A DNA stretch of 64,000 bases from a virus (IMGVR_UViG_3300029319_000016:1-64000); one strand, 5' to 3'; positions 25,349-34,422 are shown, counted from the stretch's first letter. A program made the numbers and translations. Notes: generated by a model not told the origin, from the letters alone.

Positions 25349-28300
25349 TTAGCAGTTTACTTTTGCATAACCACCAACTTTCTGTATGTCGATGGTTCTA
25401 TCTACACAGTCTTTTAAAACATCGAGGTGAGAAATCAACAGAACGGTTTTAAACTTATCTTTTATCATGTCAATCAAACGAACAAAACCCTCCATGTGTT
25501 CCTGATCCAAAGCTGTGGCAGGTTCATCCATGATAAATAGAGTGGACTTAGGCAAGTTGGTTATCTCAATTAGAGCAAGACGTATAGCCATAGCTGCAAT
25601 AGTTTTCTCAGCACCTGATCCCATAGATATAGGTCGAGAGTCATACTTCGGATGCTTAATATTGATATCTAAATTACGACCATCTTCTTCAAACATAACT
25701 TGAAAATCAACAATGTTTGCAAGGCATTTTTGAATTTCCTCGTTTATAAGAGATAATTTTTGTTTGATTATTTCGTAAGCAATTCCATTTGGATGCATAC
25801 AACGCATGAATAACTCATAGGCTATAAAAGATTCTTCGAGTTCATCTTGCTCTCTCTTTTCAACATGAAGTCTCTTAATGGTACTCTTAACAGCACCAAG
25901 TTCAACAAGATAATCTTGGATCTTTTTATCACATTTTTCTTTTCTTTGTTTAGCTTCTGTCATTTTTGTTTTGACAGCGTTCTTGGATTTAATAAGAGAC
26001 GACAGATTCTCAATTGCTTGACGATTTGCATTGTATTCATCTCTTTGTTGTTCAAGAGAACCTTTTTGATTAGTCATGAGAGAGATCTTTGATATGATTG
26101 ATTCATTTGTTATTTCTAAATTATGATTTTTGGCTAAAAAACTTTTGCGCTTGTCAACATTCTTCTCCAGAACTTCTAGTTCTTTTTCAGCGACTTCTTT
26201 ATCTAATCCATAAATCTTTAATTTATATCCATCAATTATCTTTTCAACCTCTTCTATTTCTTCTTCAAGAGTCGGAAGATAATCTTTAGCTTTTGTAGCA
26301 TCTTTAACAAACTTATTATTAGAACAATATTCACAATCAGGATCATACTCATGGTCATGAAGCATGTTAATCTTTTTAATAGATTGTTTTTCTATTGTTT
26401 TAAGCTTCTTGAGCTCCTGTTGTGAGTCTTTTAAAGACTCTTCAAACACCTTACACTGTTCTATGATTTGCGTGAGTCTATGCTTGTTTATGGAGCTTAC
26501 AATGTCATCAGCTTGTTGGATGGCAAGTTCGTTTTGCTTTATCTGTTGTTTGTTTTCAGATACTTTTACACCAGCTTTGTGTATTTGTACGTCAAGCCGA
26601 TCAATCTCATCTTCTAATTCATCGATGTCAATAATATTTTGAGGAATAGAATTAATCTCTTCTTCTATCTTTAAAAACTCTTCAAGTAATTCTTCATAGC
26701 GATTGTTGTGTTTTTTGCACAAATCTGTTTGATGGTCTATATCATCGTTAATTTCTTCTATCTCTTCTTGTTTGGCTACTAATAGTTCTGCTATCTTTTT
26801 ACTTTTAAACCTTTTGATCAAAGTGGAGATTTCTGAGGAGTCTTTCTTTGCAAAGTTTAATTTTTGATCAAAGATGTCTAAGTCGAGAAACTTAGCTAGT
26901 TTATTCTTTCTTTTTGTTGAACCTTCTTTAATGAACGCAAGAGAATCTAACTGCGAAGCCATTGATGTGATCATAAAGTCTTCTATGTTTCCGAAGATCT
27001 TTCTTATGTTGGCCTCAGTATCTTTTACAGAATCGCCGTTACAAGAACTATTGGTAGTGAGATTGTGGAAATCAAGATCACCAGAGGCCACAGGGATGGA
27101 CTTTCCTCGTTGGGTTTTATAAGATTTATTGAGATTCCGAGTAATTTGATAGTCTTGACCGTCTGCTTCGACCACCATCTTGATAGAGGCTTTAGTTTTG
27201 TTTTGATTGACGAGGTGAACGTTTTTCTTCTCGGCTTTGCTGGTTCCGCCATAAATGCCATAAAGAGCAGAATCAATAACAGAAGACTTCCCACTGTAGT
27301 TTTTGCCAAAAATGCCAACGATTCCAGAAAGATTTGCAAAATCCAAAGAATTACTTTGTCCATAGTTAAATAAATTTGAGAACTGCATCTCTTTAATATT
27401 CCATTTGACGTTTCTTCGGACTTCTTCAACCTTCTCTACCTCTTTATTATACTTAGTATTGAGATCAAGCACTTGACTCATCAAGTCCTCATCTAGATCA
27501 TAATCTTTTAAATAATCACGAATATATCTTTCTTGAACAGAAACATCACGCATGTTTTCCATTTTGTGTTCTTGTCCGTCTGAGGATGTGAAATTAGACG
27601 TTCCTTTATTTAAGAAGGACAAAGACACCGGATTGTATTTAGAACGTGCTAAATCGGTAATCTTGCGTATGGAAGAGCTATCCATGTTAACAGTCGAGAT
27701 TAATCGAAGACGACAACCATGAGGAACATGATAATGTTGAGGTATCTTTCCTTTGTCATCTAAATTAATTGTAATAAAAGGTCGGGGATTGGTAAAGATA
27801 ACATGTTGAACATCAAAATCATCTTTAGATCTAATTGTCCAAAGCTTATAGCCTTTTCTTCCGTCCTCCGAAAAATTCTGCTGAATTGTAGAGCCAGCAT
27901 ATTGAGCACGACCTTCTTCATCTAAAATCTGTGGTTTGTGAATGTCACCAAGCATAACAAAATCGTGACCTTTAAAAATCTCTATGTCATCATCGCCATG
28001 TTCCATAGCCCAACCTGATCCTGTTTTAGAACCCATAATTGCACCATGATAAAGAGCAATGTTAATGTCACCAGTTTTTGGCCTCATCCAAGCTCCTCTA
28101 TCAAAGATTGATAAGACATTTAATGATAATCCTACTTGAGGAGATACACGACCAGAGTTTTTTAATAGATGCAAATCAGGATGGTTCAATGCGTTAACAA
28201 TAGGAGACACAGCATCTTCCCTATCTGAGTTCTTTAGATTACCGTCATGGTTTCCAAGAATGATATAAGTTGGCGCAATGTCTGCTAGGTTTTTTAAGAA

Positions 28301-28489
28301 CTCAGAAGCCAAAGCAAAATACTCTGGTGACAACTGAGTTTTTGTGTGAGCCAAATCACCACAATGAACAATATAGTCAGGTTTTTGGCTTAGTAATTTT
28401 TTATAAATCTGATTAAATACAAATCTGTATTCATCATGAAATTTAAGATTACGAATATGTGTATCCGCAAAGTGTGCGATCTTAATCAT
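25349..28489 (-). CDS. sbcCD: Fused Mre11/Rad50 (SbcD-SbcC, gp47-gp46) nuclease-ATPase
   Basis: Phosphoesterase motifs ADTH, GDLAH, GNHD, YHG and GDIH. Walker A GKNYSGKSS, coiled coil with zinc hook CEYC, signature GSGAE, Walker B FIMDEPATALD, H-loop ISH. Confidence 0.92.
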   Translation of the reverse strand: MIKIAHFADTHIRNLKFHDEYRFVFNQIYKKLLSQKPDYIVHCGDLAHTKTQLSPEYFALASEFLKNLADIAPTYIILGNHDGNLKNSDREDAVSPIVNALNHPDLHLLKNSGRVSPQVGLSLNVLSIFDRGAWMRPKTGDINIALYHGAIMGSKTGSGWAMEHGDDDIEIFKGHDFVMLGDIHKPQILDEEGRAQYAGSTIQQNFSEDGRKGYKLWTIRSKDDFDVQHVIFTNPRPFITINLDDKGKIPQHYHVPHGCRLRLISTVNMDSSSIRKITDLARSKYNPVSLSFLNKGTSNFTSSDGQEHKMENMRDVSVQERYIRDYLKDYDLDEDLMSQVLDLNTKYNKEVEKVEEVRRNVKWNIKEMQFSNLFNYGQSNSLDFANLSGIVGIFGKNYSGKSSVIDSALYGIYGGTSKAEKKNVHLVNQNKTKASIKMVVEADGQDYQITRNLNKSYKTQRGKSIPVASGDLDFHNLTTNSSCNGDSVKDTEANIRKIFGNIEDFMITSMASQLDSLAFIKEGSTKRKNKLAKFLDLDIFDQKLNFAKKDSSEISTLIKRFKSKKIAELLVAKQEEIEEINDDIDHQTDLCKKHNNRYEELLEEFLKIEEEINSIPQNIIDIDELEDEIDRLDVQIHKAGVKVSENKQQIKQNELAIQQADDIVSSINKHRLTQIIEQCKVFEESLKDSQQELKKLKTIEKQSIKKINMLHDHEYDPDCEYCSNNKFVKDATKAKDYLPTLEEEIEEVEKIIDGYKLKIYGLDKEVAEKELEVLEKNVDKRKSFLAKNHNLEITNESIISKISLMTNQKGSLEQQRDEYNANRQAIENLSSLIKSKNAVKTKMTEAKQRKEKCDKKIQDYLVELGAVKSTIKRLHVEKREQDELEESFIAYELFMRCMHPNGIAYEIIKQKLSLINEEIQKCLANIVDFQVMFEEDGRNLDINIKHPKYDSRPISMGSGAEKTIAAMAIRLALIEITNLPKSTLFIMDEPATALDQEHMEGFVRLIDMIKDKFKTVLLISHLDVLKDCVDRTIDIQKVGGYAKVNC

Positions 28490-28518
28490 AAATCCTCCGT
28501 AATTAATTAAGTATTTTT

Positions 28519-28547
28519 ATTATAACACATTACGAAAGATTTGTCAA
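28519..28547 (-). promoter_or_regulatory. Consensus sigma70 promoter for sbcCD
   Basis: TTGACA (28547-28542), 17-nt spacer, TATAAT (28524-28519) with an extended TG. Confidence 0.85.
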
Positions 28548-28548
28548 G

Positions 28549-28857
28549 TTATTTTTTTGGTACGTGTCTCATATCTCCGGAAGATTGCGCTCTTCTCAAA
28601 TAAGTTCTAACAAGATCAGCTTCTTGGTATCCATACTCTGTTTCAAACTTTTCAATGTTCTTGGGATTAAAAACATGTCTTCTCTGAAGTCTTCCAGTTT
28701 TTCCAAGATCAAGACCTGTTGAAGGAAATTGTAAAAAACCCATGTATTTTCTAAATGCTTGAAACATTCTTTCCTGATGATGAAGACCTTCTCTCATCTT
28801 GATTAAGCCCAACTCTTCTTTAATTATTCTTTTTAATTCTGTGTTTGTTATTTTCAT
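28549..28857 (-). CDS. Orphan protein with class I leader
   Basis: Begins MKITNTELKRIIKEELG; SD AAGGAG; tandem CTATTTA at 28878-28884 and 28886-28892. Confidence 0.7.
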   Translation of the reverse strand: MKITNTELKRIIKEELGLIKMREGLHHQERMFQAFRKYMGFLQFPSTGLDLGKTGRLQRRHVFNPKNIEKFETEYGYQEADLVRTYLRRAQSSGDMRHVPKK

Positions 28858-28884
28858 AGCAAAATCTCCTTTACAAATAAATAG

Positions 28885-29820
28885 TTAAATAGCGTTTAAT
28901 AATTTATCAAAGAAAAAATAATCGGGATCAATTGGTTGAGCCCTATCTTTTGCGTTCTCAAATTGTCGTGGGGTCATAGATCCAACATCTTCAACAGCAG
29001 AAGTGTCTATCTTATAGACCTCCATGTCGTATTCAATCATCTTCTTAATCATCCACGATGCTTTCTTCTCGGCATCTTGGTCAAGCCCTATGTAGACTGG
29101 TGTATCGTTTATTGCAAGAGCTTGAAATAAGCGAGACTGTGGCCTAAGGGTTGAGCCAAGAATAGGAATGCCTTGTGTTCCTGCAACGATAGCGTCAAAG
29201 GCACCTTCAACAATTGTTACAGGTTCATCCCAATCAATCATCAGTTCATTAAATATAATGTCTTTGGTTGCCCTAGGGTTCAAATATTTCATTCGGTGTC
29301 CAACATAAGAACGAGCAATAAAGAAGTTTGGATCTCCATTTAAATTAAATGACGGGATAATAATTCTACCTCCATATCTTCCCTCAGTACAATAACCAAT
29401 CTTCCATAGTTTAATTTGTTCATCATCAATTCCTCTACTATAAAGATAATCAAGTGCTTTTTGTGATGAGCGTGGGAGTCGTTTGTTGCAAAGAGAAATT
29501 AATTCTTTTGGCAACTCACAAGTTGGCTCCTCTTGAATTTCATTTATTTCTTTGTAGATTCTATCAAAGTCTGTTAAGTCAAGACGACCATCAAGTTCTA
29601 ACCAGCGTTGTCTTTGTTTATAGTTACCAAACTTTCTTACAATCCTGTAAATATTCTTTCCCCGAACATCACAAACCCAACATTTAAAGAATCCGTTTGC
29701 AAAATTTACAGACATTTTTTTCTTGTGGTGTTTACAGTAAGGACAATGATACAAGTGCTCATTGCCTTTACGATGATAAGAACCGAGAAGATCGGTTAGT
29801 ATCTTTCTTTTTTCCTCCAT
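28885..29820 (-). CDS. dnaG: DNA primase (Zn finger plus TOPRIM)
   Basis: Zinc finger CPYC...CWVC, RIIIP, KYLNP, and TOPRIM motifs IVEGAFDAI and GLDQDA. Confidence 0.9.
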   Translation of the reverse strand: MEEKRKILTDLLGSYHRKGNEHLYHCPYCKHHKKKMSVNFANGFFKCWVCDVRGKNIYRIVRKFGNYKQRQRWLELDGRLDLTDFDRIYKEINEIQEEPTCELPKELISLCNKRLPRSSQKALDYLYSRGIDDEQIKLWKIGYCTEGRYGGRIIIPSFNLNGDPNFFIARSYVGHRMKYLNPRATKDIIFNELMIDWDEPVTIVEGAFDAIVAGTQGIPILGSTLRPQSRLFQALAINDTPVYIGLDQDAEKKASWMIKKMIEYDMEVYKIDTSAVEDVGSMTPRQFENAKDRAQPIDPDYFFFDKLLNAI

Positions 29821-29838
29821 AATTTCCTCCGTGTTTTT

Positions 29839-29866
29839 ATTATAACACGTTTTAAAAATTTGTCAA
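29839..29866 (-). promoter_or_regulatory. Consensus sigma70 promoter for primase
   Basis: TTGACA (29866-29861), 16-nt spacer, TATAAT (29844-29839) with an extended TG. Confidence 0.8.
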
Positions 29867-29875
29867 GAAGTTTTT

Positions 29876-30775
29876 TTAAGAAAGATAATCATCAACGTTT
29901 GGAGTGCCTTTTACTCTCATTCCTGTACTTATCTTATTTCCATAAGTTATTATAACAGTATTATTATCATCAACGAGAGCTTTTTTGTTACTATCTTTTT
30001 TACTTGTTTTAATCTTTTCTTTGTTATTGGCAATTGTTTTATTTATAATGTTGCTATATTGATCAATAAGTTGACCATCAAAAACATCTACAAGTTTATC
30101 TAATCCAAGGTCATGGTGAAAATCCAAAAAAGTAAAAAACTCTGTTTCTGCAACATTTGCTATTTTTTGTTTTAACTTTACAAACGTGTCTTTAAGATTT
30201 TTATAATTTACTTTGTTTGAATTACCAATCATTTCGTTAGCAATTTTAGGTAACTCTTTATTATAAAACTGATTTTCTCTTGCTTTGTATTTTTTTAGGG
30301 TTTGAAAATCTTTGTTAGCAGCTAAGGTTTTATAATCAACACCATCTTTTTTCATTATTTCTAACCATTCATTTTTTAAATTTTCTAAAGATTCACCATA
30401 AGATTTATTCATTTTATAAGTTTTTACTTTTCCCTTAATGGGTATTCTAATATATATGTCTTTACCAGCATTATAAAGTTTTTCAATTTTTTGTTTAAAA
30501 CTTTTTATGTGATTGTCAATAGGTATTTCTTTGAATTCTCTTGCATGCTTAATAGCATGAGAAACAAGTCCGTGATTTTGTCCATCTGGTTTTGGATAAG
30601 GTTTATCAACAAGTTCAGGGTTTAAGATAAACAAAGTAAAGCTACCCATGCCTCCTTTCTTATCAATACCAAAATCACTATCCTTACCTTTATTCCAGTT
30701 TACTTCATCTGAGAAATCTTCTTGTAAAACTTTCTTTCTCCAAGACTCCATAATGAGCTTCATTTGATTAGACAT
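29876..30775 (-). CDS. Protein with class II leader, possibly an RNase/toxin-like domain
   Basis: Begins MSNQMKLIMESWRKKVLQE. Contains LVSHAIKHAREF and a C-terminal IITYGNKISTGMR. Confidence 0.6.
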   Translation of the reverse strand: MSNQMKLIMESWRKKVLQEDFSDEVNWNKGKDSDFGIDKKGGMGSFTLFILNPELVDKPYPKPDGQNHGLVSHAIKHAREFKEIPIDNHIKSFKQKIEKLYNAGKDIYIRIPIKGKVKTYKMNKSYGESLENLKNEWLEIMKKDGVDYKTLAANKDFQTLKKYKARENQFYNKELPKIANEMIGNSNKVNYKNLKDTFVKLKQKIANVAETEFFTFLDFHHDLGLDKLVDVFDGQLIDQYSNIINKTIANNKEKIKTSKKDSNKKALVDDNNTVIITYGNKISTGMRVKGTPNVDDYLS

Positions 30776-30804
30776 TTGATTTCCTCTTTATGTCTAAATA
30801 GTTT
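30735..30804. repeat. 70-bp direct repeat, copy 1 (promoter element, SD and leader codons)
   Basis: Identical to 31253-31322 except for one base (30778 g versus 31296 a). Confidence 0.95.
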
Positions 30805-31293
30805 CTAATATAACATTTGAAAGAACAGATCTTCTCCTTCTCTTCCCACATATCTATGTATAAATTCAGGTATTGTAAGTCTCTCCATCTTAACCTGAGG
30901 TTTCATAACGCCAAACAAAACATCATGAGTTTCTATATCTTGTGAAAGCCAAGTAGAATATTTTCTACACTTACTCCACATGTCGCACATTCCATTAAAT
31001 TGTTGAAAAGTTAGTTCATCCCAAGAAGATGAACCAAAAAACAGTTCGTTCGCATTAGAAACTTTGATCCAACCATCGGGTATTGTATTGTCTTTATATT
31101 CCTCGTCATGGTAAAACCACATGTGGTTTCTCATCCACACATTGTGTATTGGCACATCATCCTCGGTTATGTCATGGAAGGTGCCCTCAGGATCAATCCA
31201 ACCTAAAGAGTGTTTATTGCAACCCCAATCAGTAATTTCTTTTAATACTTTTTTTCTCCAAGACTCCATAATGAGCTTCATTTGATTAGACAT
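30805..31293 (-). CDS. Orphan protein with class II leader
   Basis: Begins MSNQMKLIMESWRKKVLKE. Contains GWIDPEGTFH...H...GWIKV. Confidence 0.65.
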   Translation of the reverse strand: MSNQMKLIMESWRKKVLKEITDWGCNKHSLGWIDPEGTFHDITEDDVPIHNVWMRNHMWFYHDEEYKDNTIPDGWIKVSNANELFFGSSSWDELTFQQFNGMCDMWSKCRKYSTWLSQDIETHDVLFGVMKPQVKMERLTIPEFIHRYVGREGEDLFFQMLY

Positions 31294-31322
31294 TTAATTT
31301 CCTCTTTATGTCTAAATAGTTT
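31253..31322. repeat. 70-bp direct repeat, copy 2
   Basis: 69 of 70 bases identical to 30735-30804. Overlaps the ruvC-like stop codon. Confidence 0.95.
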
Positions 31323-31836
31323 TTAATCCAGCATTTGCTATAACAACTGAGTCTGCTTTATCATCAGTTCCTGGTTTTGGATTTCCGTGTCTTGTATACT
31401 CTACGATGAATTCTTTTGGATACTTATTGCTAACCCACTCAATAACCTTGAGCTTCGTGTTATCACCCCTTTTGATTTTGAGATCAACGAGGCCCCTAGC
31501 TTTGTTTGCCTGAAGGAGTATCGCAGGGCTGCCAAATAAATTGTGAACCACATAGCTACACATACCATTAAAACGTTGTAGCTTGGCCATTGTCGCTGCT
31601 GTTGTCTTTCCTCCCGAGAATGCCATGAATGGTTGTTCGATGAAAACATAATCTACCTCCTGTTGTTGTAAAGACCTTTTTATACATTCCATTTCTTTTT
31701 TAAAAATGTCTGCTCGTTCTTCAAGAGATTGAGATGGTTTTAATTTTATCTCATCAACAAGAAGTAGGTCTTCGTTTTCGTTTATCAAGCAATAACCTAT
31801 TCTGCTTGAGCTTATATCTAATCCTAAAATAATCAT
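31312..31836 (-). CDS. ruvC: RuvC-like Holliday junction resolvase
   Basis: RNase H-fold acidic motifs ILGLDISS, VFIEQ and DDKADS. Confidence 0.8.
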   Translation of the reverse strand: MIILGLDISSSRIGYCLINENEDLLLVDEIKLKPSQSLEERADIFKKEMECIKRSLQQQEVDYVFIEQPFMAFSGGKTTAATMAKLQRFNGMCSYVVHNLFGSPAILLQANKARGLVDLKIKRGDNTKLKVIEWVSNKYPKEFIVEYTRHGNPKPGTDDKADSVVIANAGLKTI

Positions 31837-31844
31837 AATAATCT

Positions 31845-31873
31845 ATTATAACATATTGTTTTTGATTTGTCAA
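31845..31873 (-). promoter_or_regulatory. Consensus sigma70 promoter for the ruvC-like gene, near-leaderless
   Basis: TTGACA (31873-31868), 17-nt spacer, TATAAT (31850-31845). Only 8 nt separate it from ATG 31836 and there is no SD. Confidence 0.8.
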
Positions 31874-33280
31874 CTATAAATCTAATTTTAATTTAAAAGT
31901 ATATTGACGATCTTCTGTTTTTCGAACAGGGTTGGCTAAAGAAGCAACTCCAATTAAGTTTCTTTTATCATCATAGATTGCAACTTTTGAAATGTACGTT
32001 TCTCTTTTAAACTCAGGTTCGTATTGTTTTAATTCTGTGTGTGCTGTATTGTGTATGGTTTGTTGGTGTTGTTTGAAAGAACCAGGCGAAATAGAATAGT
32101 TATTAACATCAGAGGAACTGCTTAAATAAGTTGGATTGTTAGACCAATTTAATTTTCCATAATCTGCATTACACATCATCATTAAAGTTTGTTTTTGTGT
32201 TATTCCTTGATACTTTATTTCAAAAGCAACATTTTTTATTGCTGGAAAGGCAACAACATTCTTATGGAGTCCAGCACCAAAATGCATCCATTTGTTGATT
32301 CCTCCACCTGAGCCTGGTAGTGAATAGGAATCGTCTACTCCAAGTTGATAAGAACCAGTAAGTATAAAAATTCCTTCATTATATAAAACAATACCAGCTG
32401 TTGATCCACTATAATCAACAGGAGAAGATGACGTTGAATAAGTTTGCACCAATTCTCCATTGCCTTTTATGTCTTTAAGGGTGGCTATAAGCGAACCAGT
32501 AACATAATAGTTTAACTCAACAGTTCTTTTCTTAATCTTTTGCCCATAAAAAATAGACGGCACAACTATAACATTTGTCTCGGCAGTGTAAAAATCTCTT
32601 TCTGGAATTGGTGCTTGAGATGAGAAAACCATGTGTGGTGATTTGTATCGATACCTTTCCATAGCATTTTTTAACGAATAGGCAACTTCGTATGTTATTT
32701 CATCTGTTAGAGCTAAATCTTTTCTACCAACAGTGATCCTAGAAGGTCTATCATTAGCAATATTGTATGGATAATGATAGCGAGTGATAGAAGCACTTAG
32801 ATTATAATCACCTTCTACTATGTCTCCAAAATCAAATAACGTATTATATTGTGATTTTAAATTTACTTTTAAATTATTTCTAACACCATCTTTTACAACA
32901 AAAGGTCTTATCATCGAGCCTGTAGGATCTGTTTCTGATATTCTTGTAGAATTTATTTGAGGATGAGCATGTGGATCGTTGAGAGTGTCAGAATGTGAAG
33001 ACGATGTCTCGTTAATACCGTATATAACAGAACCAGATGGTCTGTTAATATTATATTCATACAAACTTATCCAACCAGTATTACCTCTTTGTGGGTGGTA
33101 TGTATGGTAAATAGGCCAGTTACCCACCTCTCCTTGTTGGTATATACCATGAGCAGAACCAGATAGATTAGGTCGTTGATCAATGAAAACAGTTCCACTT
33201 GTTATTAAAAAGTTGAACTCAGGATAAGATTCCAAAGTGTTTATAAAAACATTTTCATCTTCTAATTTAAAAATAGCCAT
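31874..33280 (-). CDS. Putative baseplate or tail structural protein
   Basis: C-terminus NWSNNPTY...TYISKVAIYDDKRNLIGVASLANPVRK...KLKLDL is paralogous to the adjacent gene. CTATTTA at 33297-33303. Confidence 0.6.
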   Translation of the reverse strand: MAIFKLEDENVFINTLESYPEFNFLITSGTVFIDQRPNLSGSAHGIYQQGEVGNWPIYHTYHPQRGNTGWISLYEYNINRPSGSVIYGINETSSSHSDTLNDPHAHPQINSTRISETDPTGSMIRPFVVKDGVRNNLKVNLKSQYNTLFDFGDIVEGDYNLSASITRYHYPYNIANDRPSRITVGRKDLALTDEITYEVAYSLKNAMERYRYKSPHMVFSSQAPIPERDFYTAETNVIVVPSIFYGQKIKKRTVELNYYVTGSLIATLKDIKGNGELVQTYSTSSSPVDYSGSTAGIVLYNEGIFILTGSYQLGVDDSYSLPGSGGGINKWMHFGAGLHKNVVAFPAIKNVAFEIKYQGITQKQTLMMMCNADYGKLNWSNNPTYLSSSSDVNNYSISPGSFKQHQQTIHNTAHTELKQYEPEFKRETYISKVAIYDDKRNLIGVASLANPVRKTEDRQYTFKLKLDL

Positions 33281-33305
33281 CTTAATACCTCTAGAATAAA
33301 TAGTA

Positions 33306-34406
33306 TTAGTAGTCTAATCTAACTCTCAAGGTAAATTCTTGTGATGGGGTTTTTTTCAAAGGTTCTGACAATTTTGCAACAGCCATCAACTCATTCGCAG
33401 CTGAATAAAGTCCTATTGTTGTTATGTAAGAAATAGGATCTTCTGAGGCTTTTGTTTTAATTCTTATCTTTGAGTTATTTAAATAAGTTGGATTTGCTGA
33501 ATAATTAAATTCATCATGGTTAACACGACAAAAGTAAATAGAAGAGTTGAGTTCTGTTGTGTTATTGAATGAAAGATTGTACAATCTTGTTCTAAAGTTA
33601 TCAACAGCTCCTGTGATTAGGGAACCTGTTAAAACAGCGTCTACATCTTCTGCTGTGCTTGAAGGCCCTTTCATTAAAACATGTCCAAAGCCATTATTGA
33701 GTAATCCACCCAAGGCAGCATCTCTAAAAATAGAAGCTGTGAGAACAGCTATTCCTGCTTGGTAATATAGCAATCCAGCTGGGTATCTTCTATTGGCTTT
33801 TAGAATGTTGTTATGTGTAGAAGCGGTTACATACAAGACACCATACTCTCCGGCTGGGGAATTGACAAAATATCCATCAGATCCACTAAAGTCTGTAATT
33901 AAAATTCTATTTGCAAATACGGTACCGTCTTCTGCATAAGCAGGCTTAACACCAAGTTCTAAATTAAAAGAACCTTTCTTTATTTCATCTTTCACTAGTA
34001 ACCTAGACAAAGGCATAATAAAAACGTCTTTAAGTTTACTACCACCAGCAAGTATGTTTCCATCTTCGTCAAAATCTAATACAGATCCTGTGACATCATA
34101 TCCAACAAGAACTTGTGCCATTTGTCCGTAAATGTTTTTCTTCTTTTTATATTGTGTATAAGTTGTGTTATATAATCCAGATGAAGCAGCAATACCAACA
34201 GTTAAATCAAAAATGTGGTTTGCTGAAGAAGATAGGTATGGATAGTCGTAAACAGTTTCAAACATACCATGAGAATGAAACTTGACGTTATTATCTGAAT
34301 AAGTACCAGATACTATAGTCCCTGTTAAAGGAATTGCTTCGTGTAAAAGCGTTCGTGTCGACACTATGTCGTTACCACCTAAATTTTTATATGAGCCATT
34401 TGCCAT
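33306..34406 (-). CDS. Putative baseplate or tail structural protein
   Basis: C-terminus EFNYSANPTY...YITTIGLYSAANELMAVAKLSEPLKK...RVRLDY. Confidence 0.65.
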   Translation of the reverse strand: MANGSYKNLGGNDIVSTRTLLHEAIPLTGTIVSGTYSDNNVKFHSHGMFETVYDYPYLSSSANHIFDLTVGIAASSGLYNTTYTQYKKKKNIYGQMAQVLVGYDVTGSVLDFDEDGNILAGGSKLKDVFIMPLSRLLVKDEIKKGSFNLELGVKPAYAEDGTVFANRILITDFSGSDGYFVNSPAGEYGVLYVTASTHNNILKANRRYPAGLLYYQAGIAVLTASIFRDAALGGLLNNGFGHVLMKGPSSTAEDVDAVLTGSLITGAVDNFRTRLYNLSFNNTTELNSSIYFCRVNHDEFNYSANPTYLNNSKIRIKTKASEDPISYITTIGLYSAANELMAVAKLSEPLKKTPSQEFTLRVRLDY

Positions 34407-34422
34407 TTTTTATCTCTCTTTT

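Noticed and set aside
30735-31322. The 70-bp repeat as a CRISPR array or as IS ends
   Set aside because: There are only two direct copies 518 bp apart, they are partly protein-coding, and no cas or transposase gene is nearby.
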